60,512 nucleotides of DNA from a virus (taxonomy: Duplodnaviria > Caudoviricetes), in IMG/VR virus record IMGVR_UViG_3300011335_000429, positions 1 to 60,512 of that record. The stretch is one strand, 5' to 3'. Position numbers and translations under genes: made by a program. Positions 55,351 through 60,512 of the stretch are shown one piece after another; the first letter of the stretch is position 1; the number at the start of each line of letters is the position of its first letter. Under the pieces are notes generated by a model. The model had not been told where the DNA came from. It did not search any database and saw only the letters and a program-made list of their open reading frames with translations.

Positions 55351-55947
55351 ATGGCAGCAAACTCGTTTGGTTTTTCCGGGTTTACGCCGCTGCGTCACAT
55401 GGCGGGGGGCGTAATTCGTGCCAACGCGTATCAGATTCTTACTTCTGGTACCACTGGTTTCAACGACAACTTTTACACTGGCGACATGGTGCTGTTGAAC
55501 TCTGACGGAACCATTGAAATCGGTGCCGCAGGTTCTGGCGCTACTGCTATCGGCATTTTTGCTGGTTGCACGTATGTTGCGTCTAGCGATAACACGATCA
55601 AGTTTGCCCCCAACTGGCCTGCAAGTACCGCTGTCATTACCGGTACGACAATTACGGCTTATGTGTACGACGATCCGAACATCACGTATGACGTGACTTC
55701 TGATGCAACGACGGTTGTGGCGCAAGACATGGTTGGAATGAACGCCGACCACGTTGTGGGCACCGGCAGCAACTTCACCGGGCAGTCTGGTTCGTCCCTG
55801 AACGTTACGTCTGGCACCGGCTCCGGCACGGCGCAGTTCCGTATTCTTGGAATTCGCGCACTCGCTAACAACCCTGTTGGTTTCACGAACACGAAGCTCG
55901 AAGTTAAGTTTAATGAGCATCTGTTCCTGACCACGACCGGCGTATAA
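55351..55947 (+). CDS. Capsid decoration/cement-like protein
   Basis: Directly upstream of the major capsid gene; GIFAGCTY and V.DDP motifs; GGAGG RBS. Confidence 0.65.
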   Translation: MAANSFGFSGFTPLRHMAGGVIRANAYQILTSGTTGFNDNFYTGDMVLLNSDGTIEIGAAGSGATAIGIFAGCTYVASSDNTIKFAPNWPASTAVITGTTITAYVYDDPNITYDVTSDATTVVAQDMVGMNADHVVGTGSNFTGQSGSSLNVTSGTGSGTAQFRILGIRALANNPVGFTNTKLEVKFNEHLFLTTTGV

Positions 55948-55958
55948 GGGGATAAATC

Positions 55959-56873
55959 ATGGCTATCAATCGCGCACTAATTCGTAAGCAACTCGTCCCC
56001 GGCCTTAACGCAGTTTTTGGTCTGGAGTACAAGCAGTATCCTGAAGAATGGCGGGAATTCCTGACCGTCAACAAGGAGTCCAACCGCGCCTATGTCGAAG
56101 ATGTTCTGATGACTGGGTTTGGTGGTGCGGAAGTGAAAGCTGAAGGCGCTGCGGTTCTGTATGACCAAGCGTCGGAAAGCTACGTGTCGCGGTACATTTT
56201 TGAAACTGTTGCTTTGGCGTTCGCGCTGACTGAAGAAGCAATGGAAGATAACCTGTACGGCGACCTTGGTTCGAAGATGAGTAAGGCGCTGGCCCGCTCA
56301 ATGCAGTACACGAAGAACGTCAAAGCCGCTAACGTCATCAACAACGGATACGACACGAACTACGCTGGTGGTGACGGCAAACCGTTGTTTTCGGCCTCGC
56401 ATCCGACCAAGAGTGGCGTGAACGGATCGAACCTGCTGGCTACTGCTGCTGATCTGGCAGAAACCTCGCTGGAAGACATGCTCATCCTGATTGGTCAAGC
56501 AGTTGATGACCGGGGCATCCCGATGGCGCTGAAAGTTAAGAGCCTGAACATTCCGATTCAACTGCAATTCGTCGCCCGTCGTCTGCTGGGTGGTGATGAG
56601 CGTCCCGGAACGTCGGATCGTGACATCAACGCTGTGAAGCAAATGGGTATTCTGAGCGCACAGGGCGTGAAGATGAACCACTACTTCACTGACCCGGATC
56701 AGTTTTTTCTGTGCACTGACTGCGCCGATGGTCTGAAGTACATTGAGCGTGTGGCTATGAAGACTGGCATGGAAGGCGACTTCGAGTCGGGAAACCTTCG
56801 CTACAAGGCGCGTGAGCGTTATGTGGTGGGTTGGTCTGACTGGCGTGGTGCTTACGGCACGCCGGGGGCGTAA
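55959..56873 (+). CDS. Major capsid protein (Mu gpT-like HK97 fold)
   Basis: MAINRA...L.PGLNA.FG.EY, EEAMEDNLY, GDG.PLFS..HP and RYKARERY..GWSD.RG motifs. Confidence 0.9.
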   Translation: MAINRALIRKQLVPGLNAVFGLEYKQYPEEWREFLTVNKESNRAYVEDVLMTGFGGAEVKAEGAAVLYDQASESYVSRYIFETVALAFALTEEAMEDNLYGDLGSKMSKALARSMQYTKNVKAANVINNGYDTNYAGGDGKPLFSASHPTKSGVNGSNLLATAADLAETSLEDMLILIGQAVDDRGIPMALKVKSLNIPIQLQFVARRLLGGDERPGTSDRDINAVKQMGILSAQGVKMNHYFTDPDQFFLCTDCADGLKYIERVAMKTGMEGDFESGNLRYKARERYVVGWSDWRGAYGTPGA

Positions 56874-56879
56874 ATAACT

Positions 56880-56902
56880 GGGGGGCTTCGGCCCCCCGTT
56901 TT
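56880..56902 (+). terminator. Rho-independent terminator after the capsid gene
   Basis: GGGGGG-C(TTCG)G-CCCCCC then GTTTT. Confidence 0.8.
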
Positions 56903-56903
56903 A

Positions 56904-56960
56904 CCTATGTAAACTGCTTCAGCAGACGTAGTAGAGATTACATAGGCTTTTTGCTACTAC
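56904..56960 (+). promoter_or_regulatory. Candidate cis-regulatory RNA pseudoknot
   Basis: 9-bp P1 (56904-12/56938-46), inner hairpin, 7-bp loop pairing (56928-34/56954-60) next to the RBS. Confidence 0.55.
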
Positions 56961-56975
56961 ATAAGGAATACTATC

Positions 56976-57479
56976 ATGGGTCAAACTACTTTTTCCGGGC
57001 CGGTTCGTTCTCTTGCAGGTTTTATTTCGCAAGGCGGTAACAATATTGTTACGCTTGGCGCAACAGCAACGCTTTCTGTTTCTACACATGGCGGCAAAAT
57101 TTGTCTTGTCCCCGCTACCTGTGCAATCACCCTGCCGACCATTGACGCAACTTCTACGGCTAGTGCCGGTGTAAGTGCGGACGCAACAAATAACCTTGGC
57201 GTTGAATTTAAGCTGTTCTTCAACGTGATCTCTGCGGGTGCAACTGCGCAGACCGTTACTTGCGGCGGTTCAGACAAACTCGTTGGTGCCTTGATTGTTA
57301 GCGGAACCACTACAATGGCTTTTGCTTCGGTAACTGGCACAGTCATCACGCTGAACGCAACGACTAAGGGTGGTGCGGCGCGAGGCAGTGTTATTTCGCT
57401 GATTCCGCTGGCGGCTAACCTCTGGTCTGTAAACGGTGTTCTGATTGGGTCTGGTACTGTTGCCACGCCGTTCTCGTAA
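56976..57479 (+). CDS. Virion structural protein
   Basis: TTFSGPVRSLAGF start; G.G..ATPF end. Confidence 0.7.
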   Translation: MGQTTFSGPVRSLAGFISQGGNNIVTLGATATLSVSTHGGKICLVPATCAITLPTIDATSTASAGVSADATNNLGVEFKLFFNVISAGATAQTVTCGGSDKLVGALIVSGTTTMAFASVTGTVITLNATTKGGAARGSVISLIPLAANLWSVNGVLIGSGTVATPFS

Positions 57480-57535
57480 TATTGCAAGTGTGGGAGGCGG
57501 GTTATCCCGCCTCCTGCAACGCATAGGAGTTTTTT

Positions 57536-57922
57536 ATGGCTAATGCTTTTGCGGTACAGATTCTTCAACAAGGGGCGCGTAACGCAATTGTTAAGCTAAC
57601 GGGTTTGCTGGATACGTCGGATGAAGCACGCACGATCAAAGTGGATGTAAGTGCGTTGGTGCCTTCATGTTCACTTATCCGCATAGATAAGATTCAGTGG
57701 CAAATCAGTTCGCAACTGACGGTAAAGTTGGATTGGGATGCTACGACGCCCGTGTTGATAACTACGCTTGTTGGTGCGCAACACGCAAAATACCGGGATT
57801 TCGGAGGGCTGTATAATAACGCTGGCACTGGTGTTACTGGCGATATTTTCCTGACTACGGTTGGATGGGCCAGTGGCGTTCAATCGTACACAATCGTGTT
57901 GTCGATGGTTAAAGACGCGTAG
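57536..57922 (+). CDS. Virion structural protein
   Basis: DFGGL.NNAG.G.TGDI motif. Confidence 0.65.
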   Translation: MANAFAVQILQQGARNAIVKLTGLLDTSDEARTIKVDVSALVPSCSLIRIDKIQWQISSQLTVKLDWDATTPVLITTLVGAQHAKYRDFGGLYNNAGTGVTGDIFLTTVGWASGVQSYTIVLSMVKDA

Positions 57923-57931
57923 GTTATATAA

Positions 57932-58603
57932 ATGGCAACTTCTGGCACGTATAGCTGGTCGCCCGAACTTGTTGAAATCTACGACGAGGCGTTTGAACGT
58001 TGTGGCGTTCCGTTAGAAACGCTTGATGGGCGTCATTTGCGTGCTGCTCGGCGGTCAATGGAGTTTATGTTGTCCGCGATGGCGAACATCGGTATTTTGT
58101 TGTGGGCGGTTGACCAGCAGACACAGCTACTGACCGAAGCGGTGCCGACGTACAACACCCCCGTTGGAACGATAGCCATCCTCGACATGGTGCTGCGTCG
58201 TAACGGTCTTGATGTGAACGTGTTTCCGATGCAGCGCGACGAGTATTTGGCGATTCCCAGCAAGACGCAGGAAGGGTTGCCTAGTCGGTATTATTTTGAC
58301 CGTCAGGAAACGACACCTACGATCACACTGTGGTCGAATCCAATACTGAGCACGGATCAAATCATCTACTACCGGCTGCGTCGTTTGCAAGATGCGGGGG
58401 ATGCGACAAACACACTTGACGTGCCGTATCGGTGGCAGGAAACAATGTGTGCGGGACTGGCAGCGCGATTGGCGTTAAAGTTTGCACCCGACAAATATCA
58501 GTTGTTGAAGGGGGATTACGAACAACACTTGCGTATGGCGCTGCAGGAAGACCGCCAACGTTCACCTACTATGATTCGCCCTAAATTCGGGATGCGGCGG
58601 TAG
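57932..58603 (+). CDS. Head-tail adaptor / tail tubular A-like protein
   Basis: MATSGT, EAFERCG, ARRS, IP.K...G.P and GLA..LA motifs. Confidence 0.65.
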   Translation: MATSGTYSWSPELVEIYDEAFERCGVPLETLDGRHLRAARRSMEFMLSAMANIGILLWAVDQQTQLLTEAVPTYNTPVGTIAILDMVLRRNGLDVNVFPMQRDEYLAIPSKTQEGLPSRYYFDRQETTPTITLWSNPILSTDQIIYYRLRRLQDAGDATNTLDVPYRWQETMCAGLAARLALKFAPDKYQLLKGDYEQHLRMALQEDRQRSPTMIRPKFGMRR

Positions 58604-58893
58604 TGGCTGGATATGCAAAAGGCTTATATGCAATTGCCGAGTGTCAACAGTGCGGTTTTCGGTTCAAACTATCGCAGTTGCGTAGTGACGGTCAAACGCC
58701 TAATTTGCTTGTCTGTCGCAGTTGCTACGACATAAAAAACGAAGCGGAATTTCCCATAAATATGTCGGACAATACTGCGCTGTATCACCCTGCTCCCGAT
58801 TTAGATGCGGCTGCTTCTCGCGTGCTGGAAGACACTACGCCGATAGCTGAGTTGTTGTTCCCCGGTGAGCCTGTATTTGGGGGCGAGACATGA
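58603..58893 (+). CDS. Small Zn-binding virion-module protein
   Basis: CQQCGFRF...VCRSCYD. Confidence 0.65.
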   Translation: MAGYAKGLYAIAECQQCGFRFKLSQLRSDGQTPNLLVCRSCYDIKNEAEFPINMSDNTALYHPAPDLDAAASRVLEDTTPIAELLFPGEPVFGGET

Positions 58894-59492
58894 ACTACGC
58901 AGCACTTTCTCAGATGATTCAGGACGGGTGTGAAAACGCCGAGACTTCGTTTGTTGCACATATCCCCGATTTTGTTAAAGCGGCGGAGCAACGTATTTAT
59001 CAAGCGGTGCAGCTTCCGGCTACACGCAAGCGTTCTACGGGTACCGCCACGGCGGGTAATCGGTATTTGACGGTGCCAACTGACTTTTTGGCGGCGTTCG
59101 CCGCTTCGATTGTGGATGCGGGTACGTATTACAACATGCAATTTCGTGATGTAGATTGGCTGCGTGCGGCGTATCCAGAACCCGCAGCGGTGGGCGTGCC
59201 GTTGTATTACGGACTCATCGATGACACAACGTTTTTGTTATCTAAGACGCCAGCCGTGTCATACGTAGTTGAACTGCATTACTACTACAAGCCTTCGTCA
59301 ATTGTTGATACCGGTACAAGTTGGCTCGGTACGAATTTTGATAACGTCTTGTTCTGGGGATCGATGGTGCAGGCATACTTGTACTTAAAAGGCGAAGACG
59401 AATTGGTGAAGTCGTATGACGCACAGTTTAAGGAAGGTCTGTCACTACTAAAATCCGTTGGCGACGACGCATCTAAAAAGAGGTTGGTATGA
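58890..59492 (+). CDS. Phage adaptor/connector protein
   Basis: MNYA.L, AEQRI, G.P.YY, ELHYYYKP and SWLG motifs. Confidence 0.65.
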   Translation: MNYAALSQMIQDGCENAETSFVAHIPDFVKAAEQRIYQAVQLPATRKRSTGTATAGNRYLTVPTDFLAAFAASIVDAGTYYNMQFRDVDWLRAAYPEPAAVGVPLYYGLIDDTTFLLSKTPAVSYVVELHYYYKPSSIVDTGTSWLGTNFDNVLFWGSMVQAYLYLKGEDELVKSYDAQFKEGLSLLKSVGDDASKKRLV

Positions 59493-59683
59493 TTGTTACT
59501 ACGACTAAAGGCGATATGGACGACTCGCTGCTTGAAAAGAGGGCTGGGGGTCACGACAACGATAACGAAACCGCATCGTGGGTTGAGTATTGGTTGAACG
59601 GAGAACTGGTTCACAGGTCTGCAAATGTGGCTTTGAAACGTATGCCACTTATGGTTGCAACGCAGGGAACTTTGGGAGGTTAA
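59489..59683 (+). CDS. Small conserved hypothetical protein
   Basis: TTKGDMD...WVEYWLNGELVHRS. Confidence 0.7.
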   Translation: MIVTTTKGDMDDSLLEKRAGGHDNDNETASWVEYWLNGELVHRSANVALKRMPLMVATQGTLGG

Positions 59684-59686
59684 GTT

Positions 59687-60148
59687 ATGGCTAACACACA
59701 AGCTATGTGCACACAGTTTAAGGCCGATGTTATGAACGGTCTTCACGCTTTTGGGGCGTCGGTTATTCGCGGCGGCACAACCAAAGACACCTACTACATG
59801 GCACTGTATCTGGCGTCGGCTACGCGGAATGCATCTGACACGGTGTACAGCGCCACGGGTGAACTTGCGGCTTCGGGCAACTACACTGCAGGTGGGGCTG
59901 CGCTCACAACTGCTACTGCGCCAAGTACCAGCGGCACTACTTCGTTCTTTACTCCGTCTGCATCGGTATCGTGGTCGGCGCTAACGTCATCGGGATCGTT
60001 TGATGCTGCGCTGATGTACAACTTTACGTCATCGACAAAACTTGCCGTGGCGGTGTTTACGTTTGGTGCTCAATCAATTACGGCTGGCACGTTTTCTTTG
60101 ACGATGCCAACGAATGACGCATCCACGGGTTTGATACGCATCGCTTAA
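59687..60148 (+). CDS. Virion structural protein
   Basis: QAMCT.FK, ALY, YTAGG and GTF...MP...LIRIA motifs. Confidence 0.7.
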   Translation: MANTQAMCTQFKADVMNGLHAFGASVIRGGTTKDTYYMALYLASATRNASDTVYSATGELAASGNYTAGGAALTTATAPSTSGTTSFFTPSASVSWSALTSSGSFDAALMYNFTSSTKLAVAVFTFGAQSITAGTFSLTMPTNDASTGLIRIA

Positions 60149-60149
60149 A

Positions 60150-60512
60150 ATGGCAACGATCACCACGTATGTCGGTTATGGAACTGGTGTATGGGGTCGC
60201 GGTGGGTATGGTGAAAGTTTAGTAGAAGCGGCAATTGATGGTGCAAGTGCTACAGGTGCTACGGGGTCAGTGACGGCTGCGCCCTCGTTGGCGTTGACGG
60301 GCGTAAGTGCTACGGGTGCTACGGGGTCAGTGGCGCTTGGTACACGCAGCTTCGCGCTGACGGGCGTAAGTGCTACAGGTGCTACGGGGACGGTGACGGC
60401 TGCGCCCTCGCTGGCGCTGACGGGCGTAAGTGCTACAGGTGCTAGGGGGACGGTGACGGCTGCGCCCTCGCTGGCGCTGACGGGCGTAAGTGCTACAGGT
60501 GCTAGGGGGACG
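60150..60512 (+). CDS. 5' part of the repeat-rich virion protein continuing into 1-390
   Basis: ATG at 60150 (MATITTYVGYGTGVWGRGGYG...) is open to the window end. Confidence 0.8.
   Translation, partial: MATITTYVGYGTGVWGRGGYGESLVEAAIDGASATGATGSVTAAPSLALTGVSATGATGSVALGTRSFALTGVSATGATGTVTAAPSLALTGVSATGARGTVTAAPSLALTGVSATGARGT
60241..60512 (+). repeat. Tandem 60/63-bp repeat array
   Basis: AAGTGCTAC(A/G)GGTGCTA core repeated five times. Confidence 0.92.

Noticed and set aside
1-60512. Genome-wide stop-codon reassignment
   Set aside because: Core genes are intact in the standard code, and TAG, TGA and TAA all end genes at sensible positions.

Overview
The window looks like a complete, circularly permuted genome (~60.4 kb) of a tailed dsDNA phage with podovirus-like organisation. 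Positions 60438-60512 repeat 1-75, and the break falls inside a 60-bp tandem repeat of a virion gene. There are two divergent arms. The + arm (46883 to the end, then 1 to 22013) holds terminase, portal, GroES, scaffold, capsid, adaptor/tail genes, tail fibre, lysis genes, ejection proteins, a 3087-aa polyvalent protein and a lytic transglycosylase. The - arm (46478 down to 22100) holds early/accessory genes, a peptidase, DUF932, dUTPase, a phosphoesterase, family A DNA polymerase, exonuclease, VRR-NUC, an SNF2-type helicase, an ssDNA-binding-like protein and a primase-helicase. I saw no integrase, tRNA, CRISPR array or reverse transcriptase. Main observations: (1) the terminase intein carries an endonuclease VII gene in a different reading frame, with both frames open for 600 nt; (2) a ~620-nt non-coding region with its own promoter and many helices is a candidate large ncRNA; (3) a whole bacterial exported L,D-transpeptidase-like gene, relic signal peptide included, is fused inside the giant virion protein; (4) an AT-rich region with several IHF consensus sites is a candidate origin or packaging site; (5) a pseudoknot follows the capsid gene. 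All family assignments come from motif recognition by eye, not database searches.
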